Positions 53,001 through 64,000 of a DNA stretch of 64,000 nt are shown one piece after another. The notes beneath the pieces were generated by a model. The model did no database searches, was not told where the DNA came from, and saw only the letters and a list, made by a program, of their open reading frames with translations. The stretch comes from Squalus acanthias (taxonomy: Eukaryota): positions 72,478,001-72,542,000 of the forward strand of contig CM059430.1 of assembly GCA_030390025.1 (NCBI GenBank), in the 5' to 3' direction. Position 1 is the first letter of the stretch, and every line of letters begins with the position of its first letter. Both the position numbers and the translations under genes were made by a program.

Positions 53001-56000
53001 GAGATTGGTGTGTAAAGGAACAGTGAGTGAGAGATTGATGCGTAAAGGAACAGTGAGTGAGAAATTGACGTGTAAAGTAACAGTGAGTGAAATATTTATG
53101 TGTAAAGGATCAGTGAGTGAGAGATTGGTGTGTAAAGGAACAGTGAGTGAGAGATTGTTGTGTAAAGGAATAGTGAGTGAGAGATTCGGTTGTAAAGGAA
53201 CAGTGAGTGAGAGATTTATGTGTAAAGGAACAGTGAGAGAAAGATAGGTGTGCAAAGGAACAGTGAGTGAGCGATTGTTGTGTAAAGGAACAGTGAGGGA
53301 GAAATAGGTGTGCAAAGTAACAGTAATTGAGATATTTTTAGTGTAAAGATACAGTGAGTGAGAGATTGGTGTGAAAAGGAACAGTGAATGAGAGATTGGG
53401 TTGTAAAGGAACAGTGAGTCAGAGATTGATGTGTAAAGGAACAGTGAGTGAGAGATTGGTGTGTAAAGGAACAGTGAGTGAGAGATTGGTGTGTAAAGGA
53501 ACAGTGAGTGACAGATTGGTGTGTAAAGGAACAGTGAGTGAGAGATTGGTGTGTAAAGGAACAGTGAGTGAGGGATTGGGTTGTAAAGGAACAGAGAGTG
53601 AGAGATTGGTGTGTAAAGGAACAGTGAGTGAGAGATTGGGTTGTAAAGGAACAGAGGTGAGAGATTGGTGTGTGAAGGAACAGTGAGTGAGAGATTGATG
53701 TGTAGAGGAACAGTGAGTGAGAGATTGGTGAGTAAAGGAACAGTGACCGAGAGATTGATGTGTAATGGAACATTGAGTGAGTGATTGATGTTTAAAGGAA
53801 CAGTGAGTAAGAGATTGTTGTGTGAAAGGAACACGTGTGAGAGATAGTTGTGTAAAGGGGCATTGAGTGATACATTGGTGTGTAAAGGAAAATTGAGTGA
53901 GAATTGGTGTGTAAAGGAACAGTGAGTGAGAGATAGGTGTGTAAAGGAACAGTGAATTAGAGATAGGTTTGTAAAGGAACACTGAGTGAGAGATTGGTGT
54001 GTAAAGAAGCAGTGAGTGAGACATTGATGCGTAAAGGAACACGAGTGATAGATAGTTGAGTTAATGAACAGTGAGTGAGAGATAGTTGCGTAAAGGAACA
54101 GTGATTGAGAGATTGATGTGCAAAGGAAAAGGGAGTGAGAGATTGAAGTGTAAAGGAACAGTGAGCGAGAGTTTGACGTGTAAAGGAACAGTGAGTGAGA
54201 GATTGTTGTGTAAAGGAACACGAGTGAGAGATAGTTGTGTAAAGGGGTAATGAGTGAGAGATTGGTGTGTAAAGGAACAGTGAGTGAGAGATTTATGTGT
54301 AAAGGAACAGTAAGAGAAATATAGGTGTGTAAAGGAACAGTGAGTGAGAGATTGGTGTGTAAAGGAACAGTGAGGGAGGAATAGGCATGTAAAGTAACAG
54401 TAATTGAGAGATTTTTAGTGTAAAGATACAGTGAGTGAGAAATTTCTGTGCAAAGGAACAGTGAGTGAGAGATTGGTGTGTAAAGCAACAGTGAGTGAGA
54501 GATTGGTGTGTAAAGGAACAGTGAGTTAGAGTTTGGTGTGTAAAGGAACAGTGAATGAGAGATTGTGTTGTTAAGGAACAGTCAGTGTCAGATTGATGTG
54601 TAAAGGAACAGTGAGTGAGAGATAGTTGTATAAAGGGGCAGTGATTGAGAGATATGTGTGGAAAGTAACAGTGAGTGAGAGATTTATACGTAAAGAGACA
54701 GTGAGTGAGAGATTGGTGTGCAAAAAGGAACAGTGAGTGAGAGATTGGTGTGTAAAGGAACAGTGAGTGAGAGATTGCTGTTTAATGGGACACGAGTGAT
54801 AGATAGTTGTGTAAAGGGGCAGTGAGTGAGAAATTGGTGTGTAAAGGAACAGTGCGTGAGAGATTGTTGTGTAAAGGAACACGAGTGAGAGATAGTTGTG
54901 CAAAGGAGCAGTGAGTGAGAGATTGGTGTGTATAGGAACAGTGAGTGAGAGATTGGTCTGTAAAGGATCAGTGAGTGAGAGATTGGTGTGTGAAGGAACA
55001 GTGAGTGAGAGAAAGTCTGTAAAGAAAATGTGAGTGAGAGATTGATGTGTTAAGGAACAGAAAGTGAGAGATTGACGTGTAAAGTAACAGTGAGTGAGAG
55101 ATTTAGGTGCAAAGGAACAGTGAGTGAGTGCTAGCTGTGTAAAGGAACAGTGAGTGAGAGATTGGGGTGTAAAGGAACAGTGAGTGAGAGATTGGTGCGT
55201 AAAGGTTCAGTGATTGAGAGATTGGTGTGAAAAGGAACAGTGAATGAGAGATTGGGTTGTAAAGGAACAGTGAGTCAGAGATTGATGTGTAAAGGAACAG
55301 TGAGTGAGAGATTGGTGTGTAAAGGAACAGTGAGTGAGAGATTGGTGTGTAAAGGAACAGTGAGTGACAGATTGGTGTGTAAAGGAACAGTGAGTGAGAG
55401 ATTGGTGTGTAAAGTAACAGTGAGTGAGGGATTGGGTTGTAAAGGAACAGAGAATGAGAGATTGGTGTGTAAAGGAACAGTGAGTGAGAGATTGGGTTGT
55501 AAAGGAACAGAGGTGAGAGATTGGTGTGTGAAGGAACAGTGAGTGAGAGATTGATGTGTAGAGGAACAGTGAGTGAGAGATTGGTGAGTAAAGGAACAGT
55601 GACCGAGAGATTGATGTGTAATGGAACATTGAGTGAGTGATTGATGTTTAAAGGAACAGTGAGTAAGAGATTGTTGTGTGAAAGGAACACGTGTGAGAGA
55701 TAGTTGTGTAAAGGGGCATTGAGTGATACATTGGTGTGTAAAGGAAAATTGAGTGAGAATTGGTGTGTAAAGGAACAGTGAATTAGAGATAGGTTTGTAA
55801 AGGAACACTGAGTGAGAGATTGGTGTGTAAAGAAGCAGTGAGTGAGACATTGATGCGTAAAGGAACGCGAGTGATAGATAGTTGAGTTAATGAACAGTGA
55901 GTGAGAGATAGTTGCGTAAAGGAACAGTGATTGAGAGATTGATGTGCAAAGGAAAAGGGAGTGAGAGATTGAAGTGTTAAGGAACAGTGAGCGAGAGTTT

Positions 56001-59000
56001 GACGTGTAAAGGAACAGTGAGTGAGAGATTGTTGTGTAAAGGAACACGAGTGAGAGATAGTTGTGTAAAGGGGTAATGAGTGAGAGATTGGTGTGTAAAG
56101 GAACAGTGAGTGAGAGATTTATGTGTAAAGGAACAGTAAGAGAAATATAGGTGTGTAAAGGAACAGTGAGTGAGAGATTGGTGTGTAAAGGAACAGTGAG
56201 GGAGGAATAGGCATGTAAAGTAACAGTAATTGAGAGATTTTTAGTGTAAAGATACAGTGAGTGAGAAATTGGTGTGCAAAGGAACAGTGAGTGAGAGATT
56301 GGTGTGTAAAGCAACAGTGAGTGAGAGATTGGTGTGTAAAGGAACAGTGAGTTAGAGATTGGTGTGTAAAGGAACAGTGAATGAGAGATTGTGTTGTTAA
56401 GGAACAGTCAGTGTCAGATTGATGTGTAAAGGAACAGTGAGTGAGAGATAGTTGTATAAAGGGGCAGTGATTGAGAGATATGTGTGGAAAGTAACAGTGA
56501 GTGAGAGATTTATACGTAAAGAGACAGTGAGTGAGAGATTGGTGTGCAAAAAGGAACAGTGAGTGAGAGATTGGTGTGTAAAGGAACAGTGAGTGAGAGA
56601 TTGCTGTTTAATGGGACACGAGCGATAGATAGTTCTGTAAAGGGGCAGTGAGTGAGAAATTGGTGTGTAAAGGAACAGTGCGTGAGAGATTGTTGTGTAA
56701 AGGAACACGAGTGAGAGATAGTTGTGCAAAGGAGCAGTGAGTGAGAGATTGGTGTGTATAGGAACAGTGAGTGAGAGATTGGCCTGTAAAGGATCAGTGA
56801 GTGAGAGATTGGTGTTTGAAGGAACAGTGAGTGAGATAAAGTCTGTAAAGAAAATGTGAGTGAGAGATTGATGTGTAAAGGAACAGTGAGTGAGAGATTG
56901 ACGTGTAAAGTAACAGTGAGTGAGAGATTTAGGTGCAAAGGAACAGTGAGTGAGTGCTAGCTGTGTAAAGGAACAGTGAGTGAGAGATTGGTGTGTAAAG
57001 GAACAGTGAATGAGAGATTGGGTTGTAAAGGAACAGTGAGTCAGAGATTGATGTGTAAAGGAACAGTGAGTGAGAGATTGGTGTGTAAAGGAACAGTGAG
57101 TGAGAGATTGGTGTGTAAAGGAACAGTGAGTGAGAGATTGGTGTGTAAAGGAACAGTGAGTGAGAGATTGATGTGTAAAGGAACAGTGAGTGAGAGATTG
57201 GTGTGTAAAGGAACAGTGAGTGAGAGATTGGTGTGTAAAGGAACAGTGAGTGAGAGATTGGTGTGTAAAGAACAGTGAGTGAGAGATAGGTGTGTAAAGG
57301 AACAGTGAGTGAGAGATTGGTGTGTAAAGGAACAGTGAGTGAGAGATTGGTGTGTAAAGGAACAGTGAGTGAGAGATTGTTGTGTAAAGGAACAGTGATT
57401 GAGAGATTGATGTGTAAAGGAACAGTGAGTGAGAGCTTGATGTGTAAAGGAACAGTGAGTGAGAGCCTGATGTGTAAAGGAACAGTGAGTGAGCGATTGA
57501 TGTGTAAAGGAACATTGAGTGAGTGATTGATGTGTAAAGGAACAGTGATTGAGAGATAGGTGTGTAAAGGAACAGTGAGTGAGAGATTGGTGTGTAAAGG
57601 AACAGTGAGTGAGACATTGATGTGTAAAGGAACACGAGTGAGAGATAGTTGTGTAAATGAACAGTGAGTGAGAGATTGGCGTGTAAAGGAACAGTGAGTG
57701 AGAGATTGGGTTGTAAAGGAACAGAGAGTTAGAGATTGGTGAGTAAAGGAACAGTGACCGAGAGATTGATGTGTAATGGAACATTGAGTGAGTGATTGAT
57801 GTGTAAAGGAACAGTGAGTAAGAGATTGTTGTGTGAAGGAACACGAGTGAGAGATAGTTGTGTAAAGGGGCAGTGAGTGACACATTCGTGTGTAAAGGAA
57901 CAGTGAGTGAGAAATTGGTGTGTAAAGGAACAGTGAGTGAGAGATAGGTGTGTAAAGGAACAGTGAATGAGAGATTGGTGTGTAAAGGAGCAGTGAATTA
58001 GAGATAGGTGTGTAAAGGAACACTGAGTGAGAGATTGGTGTGTAAAGGAACAGTGAGTGAGACATTGATGCGTAAAGGAACACGAGTGAGAGATAGTTGT
58101 TTTAATGAACAGTGAGTGAGAGATTGGTGTGTAATGGAACAGTGATTGAGAGATTGATGTGCAAAGGAAAAGTGAGTGAGAGATTGATGTGTAAAGGAAC
58201 AGTGAGCGAGTGATTGGTGTGTAAAGGAACAGTGAGTGAGAGATAGATGTGTAAAGGGGCAGTGATTGAGAGATATGTGTGTAAAGTAACAGTGAGTGAG
58301 AGATTTTTACGTAAAGAAACAGTGAGTGAGAGATTGGTGTGTAAAGGAACAGTGAGAGAGATTGTTGTGTAAAGGAACAGTGATTGAGAGATTGATGTGT
58401 AAAGGAACAGTGAGTGAGAGATTGTTGTGTAAAGGAACAGTGAGTGAGAGAATGTTGTGTAAAGGAACAGTGATTGAGAGATTGATGTGTAAAAGAACAG
58501 TGTGTGAGAGCTTGATGTGTAAAGGAACAGTGAGTGAGCGATTGATGTGTAAAGGAACATTGAGTGAGTGATTGATGTGTGAAGGAACAGTGAGTAAAGA
58601 TTGGTGTGTAAAGGAACACGAGTGAGAGATAGTTGTGTAAAGGGGAATTGAGTGAGAGATTGGTGTGTAAAGGAACAGTGAGTGAGAGATTGATGCGTAA
58701 AGGAACAGTGAGTGAGAAATTGACGTGTAAAGTAACAGTGAGTGAAATATTTATGTGTAAAGGATCAGTGAGTGAGAGATTGGTGTGTAAAGGAACAGTG
58801 AGTGAGAGATTGTTGTGCAAAGGAATAGTGAGTGAGAGATTCGGTTGTAAAGGAACAGTGAGTGAGAGATTGATGTGTAAACGAAGAGTGAGTGAGAGAT
58901 AGGTGTGTAAAGGGGCAATGAGGGAGAGATATGTGTGTAAAGGAACAGTGAGTGAGAGATTGGTGTGTAAAGGAACAGTGAGTGAGAGATTGGTGTGCAA

Positions 59001-62000
59001 AGGAATAGTGAGTGAGAGACTGGTGTGTAAAAGAACAGTGAGTGATAGATTGGGTTGTAAAGGAACAGTGAGTGAGAGATTGTTTTGTAAAGGAACAGTG
59101 AGTGAGAGATTGATGTGTAAAGGAACAGTGAGTGAGAGATTGGGTTGTAAAGGAACAGTGAGTGAGAGATTGATGTGTAAAGGAAGAGTGATTGAGAGAT
59201 TGAAGTGTAAAGGAACAGTGAGTGAGATATAGTTGTGTAAAGGGGCAGTGAGTGAGAGATATGTGTTTAAAGGAACAGTGAGTGAGAGATTGGTGTGTAA
59301 AGGAACAGTGAGTGAGAGATTGGTGTGCAAAGGAATAGTGAGTGAGAGATTGGTGTGTAAAAGAACAGTAAGTAATAGATTGGGTTGTAAAGGAACAGTG
59401 AGTGAGAGATTGGTGTGTAAAGGAACAGTGAGTGAGAGATTGGTGTGTAGAGGAACAGTGAGTGACAGATTGATGTGTAAAGGAAAAGTGAGTGAGAGAT
59501 TGATGTGTAAAGGAACAGTGAGCGAGAGTTTGACGTGTAAAGGAACAGTGAGTGAGAGATTGCTGTGTAAAGGAACACGAGAGAGAGATAGTTGTGTAAA
59601 GGGGCAGTGAGTGAGAGATTGGTGTGTAAAGGAACAGTCAGTGAGAGATTTATGTGTAAAGGAACAGTGAGAGAAAGATAGGTCTGTAATGGAACAGTGA
59701 GTGAGAGATTGGTGTGTAAAGGAACAGTGAGTGAGAGATTGGTGTGTTAAGGAACAGTGAGTATGAGATTGGTGTGTAAAGGAACAGTGAATGAGAGATT
59801 GTGTTGTAAAGGAACAGTGAGTGAGAGATTTTTACATAAAGAAACAGTGAGTGAGAGGTTGGTGTGTAAAGGAACAGTGAGTAAGAGATTGTTGTGTGAA
59901 GGAACACGTGTGAGAGATAGTTGTGTAAAGGGGCAGTGAGTGATACATTCGTGTGTAAAGGAACAGTGAGTGAGAGATAGGTGTGTAAAGGAACAGTGAA
60001 ATGGAGATTGGTGTGTAAAGGAGCAGTGAATTAGAGATAGGTGTGTAAAGGAACACTGAGTGAGAGATTGGTGTGTAAAGGAACAGTGAGTGAGACATTG
60101 ATGCGTAAAGGAACACGAGTGAGAGATAGTTGTGTTAATGAACAGTGAGTGAGAGATTGGTGTGTAAAGGAACAGTGATTGAGAGATTGATGTGCAAAGG
60201 AAAAGTGAGTGAGAGATTGATGTGTAAAGGAACAGTGAGCGAGAGTTTGACGTGTAAAGGAACAGTGAGTGAGAGATTGTTGTGTAAAGGAACACGAGAG
60301 AGAGATAGTTGTGTAAAGGGGCAGTGAGTGAGAGATTGGTGTGTAAAGGAACAGTCAGTGAGAGATTTATGTGTAAAGGAACAGTGAGAGAAAGATAGGT
60401 GTGTAAAGGAACAGTGAGTGATAGATTGGTGTGTAAAGGAACAGTGAGGGAGAAATAGGTGTGTAAATTAACAGTAATTGAGAGATTTTTAGTGTAAAGG
60501 TACAGTGAGTGAGAGATTGGTGTGTAAAGGAACAGTGAGTGAGAGATTGGTGTGTAAAAGAACAGTGAGTGAGAGATTGGTGTGTAAAGGAACAGTGAGT
60601 ATGAGATTGGTGTGTAAAGGAACAGTGAATGAGAGATTGTGTTGTAAAGGAACAGTGAGTGAGAGATTTTTACGTAAAGAAACAGTGAGTGAGAGATTGG
60701 TATGTAAAGGAACAGTGAGTGAGAGATTGTTGTGTAAAGGAACAGTGATTGAGAGATTGATGTGTAAAGGAACAGTAAGTGAGAGATTGTTGTGTAAAGG
60801 AACAGTGAGTGAGAGATTGTTGTGTAAAGGAACAGTGATTGAGAGATTGATGTGTAAAGGAACAGTGAGTGAGAGCTTGATGTGTAAAGGAACAGTGAGT
60901 GAGAGCTTGATATGTAAAGGAACAGTGAGCGAGAGTTTGACGTGTAAAGTAACAGTGAGTGAAATATTTATGTGTAAAGGATCAGTGAGTGAGAGATTGG
61001 TGTGTAAAGGAACAGTGAGTGAGCGATTGATGTGTAAAGGAACATTGAGTGAGTGATTGATGTGTGAAGGAACAGTGAGTAAAGATTGGTGTGTAAAGTA
61101 ACACGAGTGAGAGATAGTTGTGTAAATGAACAGTGAGTGAGAGATTGGTGTGTAAAGGAACAGTGAGTGAGAGATTGATGCGTAAAGGAACAGTGAGTGA
61201 GAAATTGACGTGTAAAGTAACAGTGAGTGAAATATTTATGTGTAAAGGATCAGTGAGTGAGAGATTGGTGTGTAAAGGAACAGTGAGTGAGCGATTGATG
61301 TGTAAAGGAACATTGAGTGAGTGATTGATGTGTGAAGGAACAGTGAGTAAAGATTGGTGTGTAAAGGAACACGAGTGGGAGATAGTTGTGTAAAGGGGAA
61401 GTGAGTGATAGTTTGGTTTGTAAAGGAACAGTGACTGAGAAATTGGGGTGTAAAGGAGCAGTGAGTGAGAGATAGGGGTGTAAAGGAACAGTGAGTGAGA
61501 GATTGGTGTGTAAAGGAACAGTGAGTGAGAAATTGACGTGTAAAGTAACAGTGAGTGAAATATTTATGTGTAAAGGATCAGTGAGTGAGAGATTGCTTTG
61601 TAAAGGAGCAGTGAGTGAGAGATTGTTGTGTAAAGGAACAGTGAGTGAGAGATTGATGCGTAAAGGAACAGTGAGTGAGAAATTGACGTGTAAAGTAACA
61701 GTGAGTGAAATATTTATGTGTAAAGGATCAGTGAGTGAGAGATTGCTTTGTAAAGGAGCAGTGAGTGAGAGATTGTTGTGCAAAGGAATAGTGAGTGAGA
61801 GATTGGTGTGTAAAAGAACAGTGAGTGATTGATTGGGTTGTAAAGGAACAGTGAGTGTGATATTGTTTGGTAAAGGAACAGTGAGTGAGAGATTGATGTG
61901 TAAAGGAACAGTGAGTGAGAGATTGGGTTGTAAAGGAACAGTGAGTGAGAGATTGATGTGTAAACGAAGAGTGAGTTAGAGATAATTGTGTAAAGGGGCA

Positions 62001-62842
62001 GTGAAGGAGAGATATGTGTGTAAAGGAACAGGGAGTGAGAGATTGGTGTGTAAAGGAACAGTGAGTGAGAGATTGGTGTGCAAAGGAATAGTGAGTGAGA
62101 GATTGGTGTGTAAAAGAACAGTGAGTGATAGATTGGGTTGTAAAGGAACAGTGAGTGAGAGATTGATGTGTAAAGGAACAGTGAGTGAGAGATTGGGTTG
62201 TAAAGGAACAGTGAGTGAGAGATTGATGTGTAAAGGAAGAGTGAGTGAGAGATTGAAGTGTAAAGGAACAGTGAGTGATAGATTGGGTTGTAAAGGAACA
62301 GTGAGTGAGATATTGTTTTGTAAAGGAACAGTGAGTGAGAGATTGATGTGTAAAGGAACAGTGAGTGAGAGATTGGGTTGTAAAGGAACAGTGAGTGAGA
62401 GATTGATGTGTAAAGGAAGAGTGAGTGAGAGATTGAAGTGTAAAAGAACAGTGAGTGAGAGATAGTTGTGTAAAAGGGCAGTGAGTGAGAGATATATGTG
62501 TAAAGGAACAGTGAGTGAGAGATTGGTGTGTAAAGGAACAGTGAGTGAGAGATTGGTTTGCAAAGGAACAGTGAGTGAGAGATTGGTGTGTAAAAGAACA
62601 GTAAGTTACAGATTGGGTTGTAAAGGAACAGTGAGTGAGAGATTGTTGTGTAAAGGAACAGTGAGTGAGAGATTGATGTGTAAAGGAACAGTGAATGAGA
62701 GATTGGTGTCTAAAGGAACAGTGAGTGAGAGATTGATGTGTAAAGGAACAGTGAATGAGAGATTGGTGTGTAAAGGAACTGTGAGTGAGTAATAGGTGTG
62801 TATAGGAACAGTGAGTGAGAGATGCGTGTGTAGATTCACAAT

Positions 62843-63602
62843 GGCCCGAAAATTAGACCTAATACGCGAGAGTACGCACTGTGTACTCTCGCGTATTAGT
62901 TCCCGAATTGCCCGTTTCCTGCATGCACTGTGCATGCGCGGGAAACCGGCACTTCGTGTATTGCAAAGGGGGCGGTTCCTAAGTGAACCGCGTGTGCACT
63001 ACAGGTTGTGCGCACGCAGCACACTTAGTTTTTTTTCAGGTTTGAACGCGCAGGTAAGTGGTGAAGATTTTACACATAAAGAAAGCAGGCGTAGGACCCC
63101 CTTTTAAAAAGGTAAGTAGTTAATTAAGTGTTATTTTAATTTTTTTTCAACAGGTTAATCTTTTTTAGAGACTTTAAAGAAAAGTAAGTTTATTTTTATA
63201 ACTTTTAAAAAGATTTTAAATTTTTTCAAAAATAATTTTTTGTTTAAAGTGGTTAATTTATTTAACTATAGTTATTTTATTAATGTGATGGATTTTTAAA
63301 AATTTAATTGAGGTTTTGCTGTTCTTTTGGGGGCTTGTAGTATTCATAGCTTTGACAGCCATTGCTGTCAAAACTATGAATGAAAGATGGTGTGCTGCCA
63401 TTGGCTCTAACTGAATCACGTGATCCCAGAGCTCGCACGAACTAATTGCGCCTCTGGACCACGCAAGCACTGCACGCTGGCAACAGGGAGAGGCCCTGCA
63501 ACTGAAGTTCGTGTGGGCCCAAAACAAAAACGTGGGCGTGGAGTGCGATATCGCGGGGAATCCTTACCCCCGTGGGAACCATCGATGTTTAATTTCTGGG
63601 CC
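62843..63602. mobile_element. 760-bp non-autonomous PIF/Harbinger-like DNA transposon
   Basis: TIRs GGCCCGAAAATTA / TAATTTCTGGGCC (11/13 match), 3-bp TSD AAT (62840-62842, 63603-63605), GC-rich palindromic ends and an AT-rich centre. Confidence 0.85.
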
Positions 63603-63786
63603 AATGTCTGAGAGATGGGCGTGTAAAGGAAAAGTGAGGGAGACATGCGTGTATAAAGTCAAAATGTGTGAACGATGGGTGTCTAAAGTCACAGTGAGTG
63701 AGAGATGGGTGTGTGAGTCACTGCGAGTGAGAGATTGTTGTGTAAAGTAGCAGTGAATGAGGAATGGATGTGTAAAGTAAAAGTCA

Positions 63787-64000
63787 TGATGCGGAGTTAC
63801 CGGTGTTGGACTGGGGTGGACAAAAATGAGAAGTCGCACAACACCAGGTTATAGTCCAACAGTTTTATTTGAAATCACAAGCTTTCGGAGCTTACGTGGC
63901 CCCTTCCTCAGGTGAAGTGAAGAAATACAGAATCGACAAATCATATATAGATAGAGAACAATGCATGTGTAACTTACAATGGCAGACAACTACATTTAAA
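63787..64000 (-). mobile_element. Hammerhead cassette copy 6 (diverged, runs off window)
   Basis: Homologous to copies 1-5 but more diverged and with a different left flank. Confidence 0.8.
63875..63915 (-). ncRNA. Minimal type-I hammerhead ribozyme motif (best-paired copy)
   Basis: TCAC-CTGAGGA-A-GGGGC-CACGTAA-GCTCC-GAAA-GC-TT-GTGA: stems I and II fully paired. Confidence 0.78.

Larger units (their letters stand above)
22200..62842. repeat. Satellite domain B, predominantly 30-bp monomer GTAAAGGAACAGTGAGTGAGAGATTGGTGT
   Basis: Repeats stay in register across 60-nt lines. Multi-kb block duplications are visible from matching ORFs. Confidence 0.95.
13005..63786. repeat. ~51-kb tandem satellite array of related 29/30-bp monomers
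   Basis: Continuous repeats with core AACAGTGAGTGAGAGAT. Monomers are degenerate at the left edge and near 63,600-63,786. Confidence 0.99.

Noticed and set aside
12864-62792. Dozens of long His/Ser/Thr/Leu-rich ORFs (up to 990 aa at 51516-54488) and plus-strand CKGTVSERLV repeats
   Set aside because: These are translations of the satellite. The C-poor plus strand rarely contains TTA/CTA/TCA, so all three minus frames stay open, and frameshifting 29-mers are tolerated freely. There is no evidence of coding constraint.
13005-63786. CRISPR-like appearance of ~30-bp repeats
   Set aside because: No unique spacers, no cas genes, and a eukaryotic context.

Overview
Vertebrate genomic DNA, most likely a shark or other cartilaginous fish (inferred from the repeat families). 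Bases 1-13,000 are rich in transposon remnants: CR1/L2-type LINE fragments, a truncated Penelope-like element (PLE) with a GIY-YIG remnant and a hammerhead ribozyme, and a (TTC)25 tract. They also hold a minus-strand, three-exon immunoglobulin-superfamily gene: leader, germline-joined VJ-type V domain, and C1 domain, all joined by phase-1 GT-AG introns. The V domain lacks both canonical cysteines. A 146-N assembly gap lies in the V-C1 intron. From ~13,005 to the window end there is a ~51-kb tandem satellite whose monomer changes from 29 bp to 30 bp and which is organised in nested higher-order repeats (e.g. 1353, 1857, 3234, 4039, 4190, 8322 bp). Embedded in it are six copies of a ~380-bp non-coding cassette, each carrying a minimal type-I hammerhead ribozyme on the minus strand, plus two non-autonomous PIF/Harbinger-like DNA transposons. 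The many long ORFs over the satellite are compositional artefacts.
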